Assembly (NCBI GenBank): GCA_033875315.1
Contig: JANRJG010000041.1
Coordinates: forward strand, 64,467 to 128,466
Direction of reading: 5' to 3'
Length of the DNA stretch: 64,000 bases
From: Candidatus Methylacidiphilales bacterium
GTDB lineage: Bacteria > Verrucomicrobiota > Verrucomicrobiia > Methylacidiphilales > CAZTYG01
Shown piece after piece: positions 26,889 to 35,773 of the stretch. Positions within the stretch are counted from its first letter, which is position 1; the number at the start of each line of letters is the position of its first letter. Both the position numbers and the translations under genes were made by a program. Under the pieces are notes generated by a model. It saw nothing but the letters and a program-made list of their open reading frames with translations, was not told the DNA's origin and ran no database searches.

Positions 26889-28406
26889 TCACTTGACGGG
26901 CGGGAACGGGAACCAGCGCCGCATTCGGCCGAGCAGGTCACCCCTTAGATTGTAGGGAAACAGATAAAACCAGGCAAGCAGGCAGGAAAGCATCGCTGTC
27001 AGAGGCAGCAGGAAGATCGTGCTCAGGGGTGAAATACCCGCCCTCAGGCCCAACCATCCGGCCACAGATCCCAGAGCCAGAATTCCCAGAGCCACGACAA
27101 ACGGCCGCCTGAGTGTCCGCAGACTTCCCAGGTACGGCACCGCCGCACGCATCGCATTCCATGCCGTGGTGGACAAATGGGCCAGAAGCATGGCCACCAG
27201 AATCCCCCACAGTCCAAAGCCGCGGCCCGCCAGAATTGCCAAGAGCACAAAAACGGAACCTTCCAGCAGGTAGAGGTAACGCACCGGCTGCAATTGGCCC
27301 ACGATGCCAAAAACCCCGACGAAACAGCGGCTGACGCCAATCACGAGGATGAGTGCGGCCAGGAAGACATCACCTCCCCATGTCCAGGAAACCGCCCCCG
27401 AAGTCCAAAGCGAGATCAAGGACCGGTTGCCCATGGCCAGACACGAGCCCCCGACCGCAGACAGTGCCAGTGTCAGCAGGATCACTTGTTCCAGACGTTC
27501 CCGGAAGCGGCTGGTTTCCCCACGCACGAACATCTCCGTCAGCGTGGGGGCGGCGCCTTCCAATACCTTGGCGACAAACTGCTGGCCCAGGGTATAAAAC
27601 TTCGTGGCCACGGCGAAAGTCCCCGCCGCTTCCAGACCGATAAAGCGGCCGATGATCAGGATCTGGCTGGCATTGACCAGCTGCGAGCCCAAAGTCATCA
27701 GGACCACGTCTTTACCAAATCCAAAAACTTTCCGGAACACGGCCCACTGAGGACGCCCCCAGCGTCCAGGGCGGGCGTAGTAACCATTCCTCCAGCAAAT
27801 GACAAGGGCGATGGCCGTTCCGGCGACAGTGCCCGGCACTCCGGCCGCCGCCAGACTGTAAATACCCCAGCCCCGGCCGAAGGCCCACCAGATCCATCCC
27901 AACGAGAGCAGGAGGGAAAGCGCGGCGCAGCCATTGACGACATCCAGCCGCTGGAAAGCCCAAAGCGGGGAACCGATGGAACGCAGCATCACCGATACAC
28001 CCGCCACGATTGAGAGCAAGGACAAGACCAGGGTGAAATCGAGACGCAACTCGGCCGGCACAGCAAAGAGGAACGGTGCAGCCCAAGACAGCCCCACTCC
28101 CACGAGGGCAATCACCATCCCCTGAATCAAAAAAACCAAGGAACCGGTGAGGAGCATGCTCCCATAGCGGTCTCCCTCGGCCTCGTCCTTGTGATCGGCA
28201 AGAAACCGGCTGAGGGCGGAAGACATCCCGAAATCCAAAAGCATCAAATATCCTGAAATTTGCTGGGCCAGGGCCCACAGGCCGAATTCTTCCTTGCCCA
28301 GATAGTGCAGCGCAAGGGGGATGCTGGCCATGGTGTAGCCGATATTGACCGCCATGGCCAGATAGCCCGTGGCCATGGAAGCGGCAAATTTCTTGACCCG
28401 GCCCAT
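26889..28406 (-). CDS. Wzx-like oligosaccharide flippase (polysaccharide biosynthesis protein family)
   Basis: 505 aa, about 12-14 TM segments. The N-terminus ASMATGYLAMAVNIGYTMASIPLALHYLGKEEFGLWAL is typical of MOP-superfamily flippases. Confidence 0.78.
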   Translation of the reverse strand: MGRVKKFAASMATGYLAMAVNIGYTMASIPLALHYLGKEEFGLWALAQQISGYLMLLDFGMSSALSRFLADHKDEAEGDRYGSMLLTGSLVFLIQGMVIALVGVGLSWAAPFLFAVPAELRLDFTLVLSLLSIVAGVSVMLRSIGSPLWAFQRLDVVNGCAALSLLLSLGWIWWAFGRGWGIYSLAAAGVPGTVAGTAIALVICWRNGYYARPGRWGRPQWAVFRKVFGFGKDVVLMTLGSQLVNASQILIIGRFIGLEAAGTFAVATKFYTLGQQFVAKVLEGAAPTLTEMFVRGETSRFRERLEQVILLTLALSAVGGSCLAMGNRSLISLWTSGAVSWTWGGDVFLAALILVIGVSRCFVGVFGIVGQLQPVRYLYLLEGSVFVLLAILAGRGFGLWGILVAMLLAHLSTTAWNAMRAAVPYLGSLRTLRRPFVVALGILALGSVAGWLGLRAGISPLSTIFLLPLTAMLSCLLAWFYLFPYNLRGDLLGRMRRWFPFPPVK

Positions 28407-28442
28407 AAGGAGATGAGCATAGCGTTCTTACATGAATACAAC

Positions 28443-29639
28443 ATGAAAAAGTCTTTTGAAATGGCGGTGATCGGCGGGGGAATCGTGGGTTTGGGCACCG
28501 CTCTGGCCCTGTTGAAGAAGCGACCTTCTTGCCGCCTGGTCCTCTTTGAAAAAGAAAAATCCTGCGGCACCCACCAAAGTACGCACAACAGCGGCGTCCT
28601 CCACGCCGGATTGTATTACAAACCCGGATCCCTCAAGGCCCGGCTGGCCGTGGAGGGCATACGTAGAATGACCGCATTCTGCGCTGAGCATGCCGTCCCC
28701 CACGAGATTTGTGGCAAAGTGGTGGTGGCGACGAATCCGGAGGAAATCATCCGACTCAACGCCCTCTATGACCGCGGGCAACAAAATGGTTTGTCCGGAC
28801 TCCGGTTGCTCTCCCAACCCGAGTTATTGCAACGCGAACCCCACGCAGCCGGCCAGGCCGCCCTCCTGGTTCCAGAGGAAGGCATTGTGGACTATGAATC
28901 CGTTTGCGCCGCCCTGGTCGCGGAGATCCGGCAACTCGGCGGTGAAATCGCGACTTCGTCACGGGTGCTAAAGGCCACGGAACATCACTCGGAATGGATA
29001 TTGCAAACCACCTCCGGGGACTACGCTGCCTCGTTTCTCATCAATTGCGCAGGCCTGCATTCGGATCGCGTGGCCACCCTCTCCGGAGAAAAACCGGATT
29101 CCCGGATCATTCCCTTCAGGGGCGAGTACTACAAACTTAAACCTTCGGCTTTCCACTTGGTCAACCACCTCATCTATCCGGTTCCCGACCCCACATTCCC
29201 TTTTTTGGGGGTTCACTTCACCCGGCTCATCCACGGAGGCATCGAAGCCGGACCCAATGCAGTCCTGGCCCTGGCCCGCGAAGGCTACCGCAAGACCGAC
29301 ATCCATCTCCGAGATCTGGCCGGGTCCCTGGCCTATAAGGGTCTTTGGAAGTTTTTATTCCGGCACCCATCCATGTGCTGGCAGGAATGGGCCCAATCGC
29401 TCAGCCCCACTCTTTTTGTCAGGGCTCTGCAAAAACTGGTTCCGAGTATCCAGCTTTCCGACATCGAACCGGGCGGCGCGGGCGTTCGGGCCCAAGCCAT
29501 GGGCGGAGACGGAACCCTGGTGCAGGATTTTGCCCTCATCGCACGTCCCCGAGCCCTCCACGTCCTGAACGCCCCCAGCCCGGCAGCCACCGCATCTTTG
29601 TCCATCGGAGAGGAAATCGCCCGCCGAGTTCTCGACTGA
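28443..29639 (+). CDS. lhgO: FAD-dependent L-2-hydroxyglutarate oxidase/dehydrogenase-like protein
   Basis: MAVIGGGIVGLGTA (FAD fold), SGVLHAGLYYKPGSLKA, IPFRGEYY, VLNAPSPAATASL. Start at ATG 28443. The track N-terminal extension overlaps the divergent flippase gene. Confidence 0.75.
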   Translation: MKKSFEMAVIGGGIVGLGTALALLKKRPSCRLVLFEKEKSCGTHQSTHNSGVLHAGLYYKPGSLKARLAVEGIRRMTAFCAEHAVPHEICGKVVVATNPEEIIRLNALYDRGQQNGLSGLRLLSQPELLQREPHAAGQAALLVPEEGIVDYESVCAALVAEIRQLGGEIATSSRVLKATEHHSEWILQTTSGDYAASFLINCAGLHSDRVATLSGEKPDSRIIPFRGEYYKLKPSAFHLVNHLIYPVPDPTFPFLGVHFTRLIHGGIEAGPNAVLALAREGYRKTDIHLRDLAGSLAYKGLWKFLFRHPSMCWQEWAQSLSPTLFVRALQKLVPSIQLSDIEPGGAGVRAQAMGGDGTLVQDFALIARPRALHVLNAPSPAATASLSIGEEIARRVLD

Positions 29640-29741
29640 TTTCTCCTGCTGGCCAGTTTCTTGTTTCCGCGTGATGGCGTGCCCGCCAAACGCGGCCTTC
29701 AGCCCTTCCCGGTTTACGCGTCACGGCACGGGCAAACTTTG

Positions 29742-29819
29742 GCTTTCCGCTTTCCGCTTTCCGCTTTTCGACTTTTCGACTTTTCGAAATTTCAGCTTTT
29801 CGCTATTTTAGAATCTTTC
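29742..29819. repeat. tandem array of ~10 units of 7-8 nt (gctttcc x3, gcttttc, gacttttc x2, gaaatttc, agcttttc ...)
   Basis: Read directly. Spans the last codons and stop (29792-29794) of the GT4 gene and the convergent intergenic space. Confidence 0.8.
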
Positions 29820-31060
29820 AACCCCAGCGCCATTTCGTAGCAGAGCCGGGTCTGTTCGCGATAGGTGGCTTCGTTGTAATTCTCGGCAATCCGTTTGCTC
29901 GCCTGGTTTCCCAATTGCATGAGCCGGACCCGATCCTGATCGAGATCCAGGATCGCCTCCGCGATCGCCGACGCCATGGTCTCGGGCCGGGTCACGGGAA
30001 TCTTGATGCCACAATCCTCCGTGACGATCTCCGAAGGCCCGCACCAATCCGCCACCACCGGGGCACAACCGGCCAGCATCGCTTCCATCATGGTTTGCCC
30101 CGCCCCTTCCCTCAGGCTGGGCAGAAGGTAAATGTCGGAGGATTGAAGGGTTTTGAAAAAATCCTCGCGGGACAGGGTGTTCCCGATCGACACCTCGCGC
30201 TCCAAACCCAATCGTGCGGCCAAGGCCACCAGATGCTCCAGTTCCGGACCGCGGCTGGTGATGGTATAAGAAAAACGCAGCCCCCGGGCTTTCAACTGGG
30301 CCAGGGCGTGGAGGGCAATGGCCACGCCTTTGCGCCCTTCGAGGTTGCCGCTGCCAAAAATTCGCAGCGGACCCAGGGGGGGAGATGATGTTCCCGGACG
30401 ACGCAATTGCGCGATATGCGCATCAGCAAAGAAAACATTGCAGAAGACAAACACGCCCTCCGCCCTTCCTCGCAGGGGGACCAAAGCCTCCAAGGCCTGT
30501 CCATGGGTCACCGGCACCACCGCGGCATGGCGGGCAGTGGCCCTCACCCCTGGGTTGAACCGGCTCCACACTCCGGACAGACGACGGAACTGCTCGAACA
30601 AGTACGCCGATGGACTGAGGATCCCATAGCAACTCGAAGGAAAAACTTCAGTTCCGCTGATCGGCCCCCAGACCAGTGGAACGGGCAACCGCCACAGGTC
30701 ACATCCCACCCTCCAGGTGGTGTACGTGACGAGGTGGGAAAGATCGAAACCCACCTCCGCGTGCCATCGGCTGGCCTCGGGAAGGATTGCGGCGTTGAAA
30801 TCCATGTAACCCTTCCAGCTTTGGAGCCGTGCCACCATCCGGTTCTCCGAACACTTGGCCTGTCGGCCGAGAAATCGGAAATGAAGGTTCGTCGGGATCA
30901 AGCCCTCACTGCGGGCCCGCTCCAGGGGTGCGGCGTTGTCGCCAGAAGTGATGACATAGATTTCATGATCTTCCGCCAAGGCCCGGCAGGCACGCCAACC
31001 ATAGGCCCCTTCGGAGCCCGCGTAGGGATTGCAGGCGATGGCCGAAACGAGGACTTTCAT
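29792..31060 (-). CDS. GT4 (group 1) glycosyltransferase
   Basis: MKVLVSAIACNPYAGSEGAYGW..., LPSLREGAGQTMMEAMLAGCAPVVADWCGPSEIV. Confidence 0.8.
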   Translation of the reverse strand: MKVLVSAIACNPYAGSEGAYGWRACRALAEDHEIYVITSGDNAAPLERARSEGLIPTNLHFRFLGRQAKCSENRMVARLQSWKGYMDFNAAILPEASRWHAEVGFDLSHLVTYTTWRVGCDLWRLPVPLVWGPISGTEVFPSSCYGILSPSAYLFEQFRRLSGVWSRFNPGVRATARHAAVVPVTHGQALEALVPLRGRAEGVFVFCNVFFADAHIAQLRRPGTSSPPLGPLRIFGSGNLEGRKGVAIALHALAQLKARGLRFSYTITSRGPELEHLVALAARLGLEREVSIGNTLSREDFFKTLQSSDIYLLPSLREGAGQTMMEAMLAGCAPVVADWCGPSEIVTEDCGIKIPVTRPETMASAIAEAILDLDQDRVRLMQLGNQASKRIAENYNEATYREQTRLCYEMALGLKDSKIAKS

Positions 31061-32046
31061 GACAATTGCAAATGAATGAGCCGGGTCCCGTCATCCTCAA
31101 AGGCCGCGCCAGCCACCACCAAGGGTTCGAGTGCCTTCGTCACGGCGGCATGACTCTCTGGCGGAGCCAGCACCAGCAGAAATCCGCCGCCACCCGCCCC
31201 CAGGAGTTTTCCGCCGTAAGCTCCGGCCTTTCTGGCCCGGTCATAGGCTTCATTGACAGAGGAATTGCTGATCTTGGAAGAAAGCCGCTGTTTGGACTCC
31301 CAAGCCTCATGCAGCAGCCGTCCAAAATCACGGACATGGAAAGCATTCCCGCATAGCATTTCGGAGGCTGCCGCCACTTGTTCCCGCATCGCCGCAAGGG
31401 TGGCCAAATTGACTTGGGTACGTTTCTTTTGTTCATCCAGCACATCCTCCGAAAAACGGGTGATGCCGGTGAAGAAGAGAAGCATGTGGCGTTGCAATTC
31501 CGCCTTGCGCTCCAAGGAGAGCGGAAGCGGATCGGCGCGGAAGACCGGTGAACGCGCAAAGGTGATCCGGCGGAAGCCCCCCAGTGCCGCGGCCACCTGA
31601 TCCTGGCTGCCCACTTTTTCCCCGATGACCTTTTGCTCCAAATGGATGGCGTCCAAGGCCAGTTGTTCCTGACTGACCAGCTTTCCCTTGAAGGCATAGA
31701 GTGCGTGAAGCAAGCCAACGGTGAAGGACGAGGAGGACCCCAGTCCACTGCGGGCCGGAAGATCGGTCGTGACTGAAATCTCAATGCCGGAATCGATACC
31801 GAGCCACTCAAGGGCGTTGCGCACACAGGGATGGGCGATCTCGGAAACGGTGCGGACCAATTCGGTTTTGGAATAAGCCACGCGGATTCGATGCTCAAAC
31901 AAAGGATTCAGGCGCGAAACCGTGACATACACGTACTGATTGATGCTGGTGCTCAACACCTCCCCACCGTGTTCCTCATAGTATTCCGGATAGTCGGTGC
32001 CACCCCCAAAAAAACTGACACGTAGGGGGGTTTTGGAGATCACCAT
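31057..32046 (-). CDS. GHMP-family sugar kinase (D-glycero-D-manno-heptose 7-phosphate kinase HddA-like)
   Basis: ISKTPLRVSFFGGGTDYPEYY and DLPARSGLGSSSSF (GHMP motif II). Confidence 0.78.
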   Translation of the reverse strand: MVISKTPLRVSFFGGGTDYPEYYEEHGGEVLSTSINQYVYVTVSRLNPLFEHRIRVAYSKTELVRTVSEIAHPCVRNALEWLGIDSGIEISVTTDLPARSGLGSSSSFTVGLLHALYAFKGKLVSQEQLALDAIHLEQKVIGEKVGSQDQVAAALGGFRRITFARSPVFRADPLPLSLERKAELQRHMLLFFTGITRFSEDVLDEQKKRTQVNLATLAAMREQVAAASEMLCGNAFHVRDFGRLLHEAWESKQRLSSKISNSSVNEAYDRARKAGAYGGKLLGAGGGGFLLVLAPPESHAAVTKALEPLVVAGAAFEDDGTRLIHLQLS

Positions 32047-32095
32047 GAGATGATCTTTACTATACCCACGGGTTCTTTTAGAAAAGTCGAAATTT

Positions 32096-33052
32096 ATGAG
32101 TTATAGCCTAGAGAAGAAACGGGTTCTCGTAACCGGAGCAAAGGGCTTCGTTGGACGCAACCTGGTCCCGCGATTGGCCGCATCGGGTTGCGAATTGATC
32201 ACCCCGGGCCGCAAAGATTACGACCTCTTGGAACAGGATCAGGTGCGCGCCTTGTTCCGCGATACCCGTCCCCAGGTGGTCTTCCATCTGGCCGCTTATG
32301 TGGGCGGGATTCTGGCCAACCGCGATTACCCGGCGGATTTCTGCTACCGCAACATGGCCTTGGCGGCCCATCCCCTTCATGAAGCTTGGAAGAGCGGAGT
32401 GGAAAAGTTTGTCGGGCTCATGGGCGGATGCAGTTATCCGGCGACCGCCCCCAGTCCCATCCGCGAGGACCAGTTGTGGAATGGCTATCCGCAACCGGAA
32501 AGCGCCCCTTACTCCCTGGCCAAGGCCATGGGCCACGAACTGGCAAAGGCCTACCGACGGCAATACGGCTTCGATGCCATTGTCCTCGTGCCGGGCAACA
32601 TCTACGGACCGTGGGACAACTTTGATCTCAACGCTTCCCATGTCATCCCCGCGCTCATCCGCAAATATGTGGAGGCCCGTGAATCCGGCACAAATGAGAT
32701 CACGGCCTGGGGAACCGGGGCACCCAAGCGCGATTTCGTTTACATCGAGGACGTCTGTCGCGCCGTGGTCCATGCCGCGCAGGTTTACAGCGGCCCTGAA
32801 ATCATCAACATTTCCTCCGGCACCCGGGTGACCATCCGCGAATTGGTCGAACTCATCTCAAATTTGGCCGGCTACCAGGGAAAAATCCTCTGGGACAGCA
32901 CCAAGCCGGACGGACAGATGGACAAGGGCTTCGATGTCGGACGGATGCGTGATATCCTCGGCTTCGAATGCACCACCCCGTTGCGTGAGGGCCTTGAAAA
33001 AACGTTCGCCTGGTTCACCCAAAACCGCAAAGCCGCCCTCCGACTATCCTGA
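32096..33052 (+). CDS. GDP-L-fucose synthase-like NAD(P)-dependent epimerase/reductase (second copy; may act on a GDP-heptose/6-deoxyhexose)
   Basis: VLVTGAKGFVGRNL, YPADFCYRNM, APYSLAKAMG, PGNIYGPWDNFDLNASHVIPALIRKY. Paralogous to 59087..60016. Confidence 0.72.
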   Translation: MSYSLEKKRVLVTGAKGFVGRNLVPRLAASGCELITPGRKDYDLLEQDQVRALFRDTRPQVVFHLAAYVGGILANRDYPADFCYRNMALAAHPLHEAWKSGVEKFVGLMGGCSYPATAPSPIREDQLWNGYPQPESAPYSLAKAMGHELAKAYRRQYGFDAIVLVPGNIYGPWDNFDLNASHVIPALIRKYVEARESGTNEITAWGTGAPKRDFVYIEDVCRAVVHAAQVYSGPEIINISSGTRVTIRELVELISNLAGYQGKILWDSTKPDGQMDKGFDVGRMRDILGFECTTPLREGLEKTFAWFTQNRKAALRLS

Positions 33053-33182
33053 AAGCCCGACCAGATATCGGCGTATCTAGTTTCTAGTTTCCGTTCGGGT
33101 ATTCACCCATCCAGCTTTTCCCCTGCCCGCTTTGCGACAATTGAGGGTTCGAAGTTTTGGCTTTCTCCAAAAAACCGATTCT

Positions 33183-33959
33183 TCAGATTTTCCGAGCAAT
33201 AAATTCAGCGACGGTATCCACGGAGCGGGGAACCGGAAGGATTCCGAGGAGTTTATCCACCGAAACGTCGACGATCCGGGGTTTGGCATCGGGGGGCAGT
33301 GCGGAAAGGTCCATGGTTCTGCCTGCCATTTCGGCAACCCGCCTGGGGGTCACGGTGCCCTGACCACAGATATTCACCACTTCACCGGCTGCTCCTTTCT
33401 CGAAAAGCGTCCAAGAAAGACGGGCGGCATCCTCCGTCGAAAGGAACTGATAACGCGAGTCCGGATGGATGCGGAGCGGTAGACCGTGGAGGATGTCATA
33501 GACCGGGTTCTTGCGCAGGCCCGGGCCGACCATGCCGGCGAGGCGGACGATCAACCATCCCTTGGCGTATTTTCGAACCAATTCTTCGGCCATCCATTTG
33601 TGCAACCCATAGTAGGAAGTTTGTTCCGCGGGTATGACCGTGCTTTCCCGGGTGGTTGAGGGGGAAGTGAGATCGGCGTAAACATCGACACTGGAAACAT
33701 GGAGATGGAAGGCGGCGGGGAAATCACGGAGGGTGCGGAGCCGGTGTCCCACCGAGGTATCGAATTCTTCGAAAGGTTTTTCCTCGGCGAAAAATTTCTT
33801 CGAGTTACAGGCCGCCTCAATGACCAAGTCAGCCGGGGTGCCGACGTGAGCGGCGTAATTCGCGCGGGTGACGGGAATCAATTCATGTGCACCGCTGGCA
33901 AGCAGCCGATGGAATGCCGAGCCGACAAAGCCATTTGCACCGATTAGGATGATTTTCAT
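33183..33959 (-). CDS. NAD-dependent epimerase/dehydratase family protein
   Basis: MKIILIGANGFVGSAF..., YYGLHKWMAE (YxxxK). Confidence 0.7.
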   Translation of the reverse strand: MKIILIGANGFVGSAFHRLLASGAHELIPVTRANYAAHVGTPADLVIEAACNSKKFFAEEKPFEEFDTSVGHRLRTLRDFPAAFHLHVSSVDVYADLTSPSTTRESTVIPAEQTSYYGLHKWMAEELVRKYAKGWLIVRLAGMVGPGLRKNPVYDILHGLPLRIHPDSRYQFLSTEDAARLSWTLFEKGAAGEVVNICGQGTVTPRRVAEMAGRTMDLSALPPDAKPRIVDVSVDKLLGILPVPRSVDTVAEFIARKI

Positions 33960-34702
33960 GCGAGCACACTCCGGTTCCGTTGGATAAATGCTCCGGCCCG
34001 GGCCAAGCTTTCCGGCAGTCCGATGTCGAGAAACTCCCCTTCGACGCGGGCTACCCGGATATTTTTTCCGGAGGCGATCAATCCGGGAAATACTTCCGTT
34101 TCAAAACTCAGGGGATTTTTGGTGGGGAATTCCATCAATAGAGCGCTTCTAAAAAGATACACCCCGGCGTTGATCCAAGCCGCACCAGGTTTCTTTTCGC
34201 GGAAACCCCGCAACCGCCCCTCGGTGTCGGTGTCCAGGCTGCCATAGCGCGAAGCATCTTCCTGCCACAAAGCCAGCACTCCCGCGTCCACTTCAGGATC
34301 TGCAAACAGGGAAAGGAGCGGATCCAGAGGGGCAGCGACGAGGGAATCTCCATTACAGACCAGCCAACTCCCCGGATGGAATCCTGATTGGGCCGCGGCG
34401 TGCAGAAATCCACCGGCCGTTCCAAGCGGAGAGGACTCGGCCACACAAACGAAGCGGGCTTGGGGAAGGATTCCATCGTGGAAATGTTCCTCCACTTTGT
34501 GGGCCAAATAGCCGGTTGACAGGACGAAGTCGCGGATGCCCTGATGGTGGAGCGCCCGCGCTATCCACTCAACAAATGGACGACCTTCCACGGGAGCCAT
34601 CGGTTTGGGCAGATCTTTCAAAACACCTTGCAGACGCGTGCCAAAACCACCCGCCAGAATGACGGTAGCAAACATCGGAAATTTTTTAGGATCAGATGAC
34701 AT
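33956..34702 (-). CDS. sugar-1-phosphate nucleotidyltransferase (HddC-like guanylyltransferase)
   Basis: ILAGGFGTRLQGVLKDLPKPMAPV. ATGA overlap with the downstream gene. Confidence 0.78.
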   Translation of the reverse strand: MSSDPKKFPMFATVILAGGFGTRLQGVLKDLPKPMAPVEGRPFVEWIARALHHQGIRDFVLSTGYLAHKVEEHFHDGILPQARFVCVAESSPLGTAGGFLHAAAQSGFHPGSWLVCNGDSLVAAPLDPLLSLFADPEVDAGVLALWQEDASRYGSLDTDTEGRLRGFREKKPGAAWINAGVYLFRSALLMEFPTKNPLSFETEVFPGLIASGKNIRVARVEGEFLDIGLPESLARAGAFIQRNRSVLA

Positions 34703-34871
34703 GTTCAGGCGACGGGAGAAGAAAACGGGGGTTGGATGAATGACGGCAGGCGACAGGCCAATATGAAGGCAACCGATGGCAACAGCCCAGAATAGTCCAT
34801 AGATCGGAAAATGAAGTCAAACCGATCGGAACCCCGCCAAAATGCAACCCAAGCATTGATCCCGACGGGCT

Positions 34872-35768
34872 TCACCATGAGGAATTTTGCATCCTGATAT
34901 TCCGGTCCTCCGTCAAACGGGATGTATGGACAGCAATGTAGTCGCCACATTCTGGAATCGCAGGGATCATTTTGTTTCCCGAGAAGGCAAAAAATGTATA
35001 CCCGGCGTCGCGAAGCAGATCGATCAATGCTCCAACTGTATGACCGGCCCGTTCACAGGACGGAGGGATCAGCTCAAAAATGATCGTGGGAGTGGCCGCA
35101 GAAAGTGTTTTCAGCGCCCCGAGTAAAATGCTCCGCTCATGCCCCTCCACGTCCAGTTTGATCACCGTGGGAAGGGGGAATCGATGCTGGGCCCATAAAT
35201 CGTCTAGCCTCTTTTTCTCCACTTTTACTGTGGCAATCGTCTCGCTGGCATCCAAGGCCAGCGAATTGCGGCCAGGGTCATCATGGACCCCCAACCGGGC
35301 TTCCCCGTTTTCATCTGAGAGAGCCACTTGAAAAAGCTCCACGTTATCCAAGCGATTACGGTCGATATTTTTGACAACCAGTTCGTGGGATTCAGGAAAT
35401 GGCTCAAACGCGAAAACGCGGCCAGCACTTCCCAGGTGGCGTGCCGCCATGATCGTGTACAGTCCAAAGTTTGCCCCTCCATCGACAAAGACATCTCCCT
35501 CCCTGAGATAAGATTCCAAGAATTTGATCTCAGGTTCATAGTCCCGCCCGAAAACATAGAAAACCTTGGCGGGGCTTCGAAAGACACTCGGCAACAGATA
35601 GGAAGCGTTCCAAGCCCCAACTTTCATCGTTGGATTCCTTCCGGTCAACACCAGGAGATACCAGGCAAAAACCCGCCAGACACACCGCAAGGGGTGTGAG
35701 GAAAAGCCTTCATGCCCGACGAGGAACCGGAAACTGGATTCCAGTCCGCTGAATAGCTTACGGCTCAT
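34872..35768 (-). CDS. FkbM-family methyltransferase
   Basis: VFVDGGANFGLYT..., VIKLDVEGHE. Confidence 0.8.
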   Translation of the reverse strand: MSRKLFSGLESSFRFLVGHEGFSSHPLRCVWRVFAWYLLVLTGRNPTMKVGAWNASYLLPSVFRSPAKVFYVFGRDYEPEIKFLESYLREGDVFVDGGANFGLYTIMAARHLGSAGRVFAFEPFPESHELVVKNIDRNRLDNVELFQVALSDENGEARLGVHDDPGRNSLALDASETIATVKVEKKRLDDLWAQHRFPLPTVIKLDVEGHERSILLGALKTLSAATPTIIFELIPPSCERAGHTVGALIDLLRDAGYTFFAFSGNKMIPAIPECGDYIAVHTSRLTEDRNIRMQNSSW

Positions 35769-35773
35769 TGGGT

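Noticed and set aside
28260-28442. N-terminal 61-aa extension of the lhgO-like ORF
   Set aside because: It overlaps the divergent flippase gene start. The FAD-binding GGGIVG motif belongs near the N-terminus, and ATG 28443 gives MKKSFEMAVIGGG. The ATG at 28413 directly abuts its AAGGAG with no spacer.
29742-29819. CRISPR array
   Set aside because: The units are only 7-8 nt, directly abutting, with no spacers and no cas genes. This is a microsatellite-like array, not a CRISPR.
34705-34950. 81-aa minus-strand ORF between the nucleotidyltransferase and the FkbM gene
   Set aside because: It overlaps the 3' end of the FkbM methyltransferase gene in another frame and has no motif. Likely spurious.
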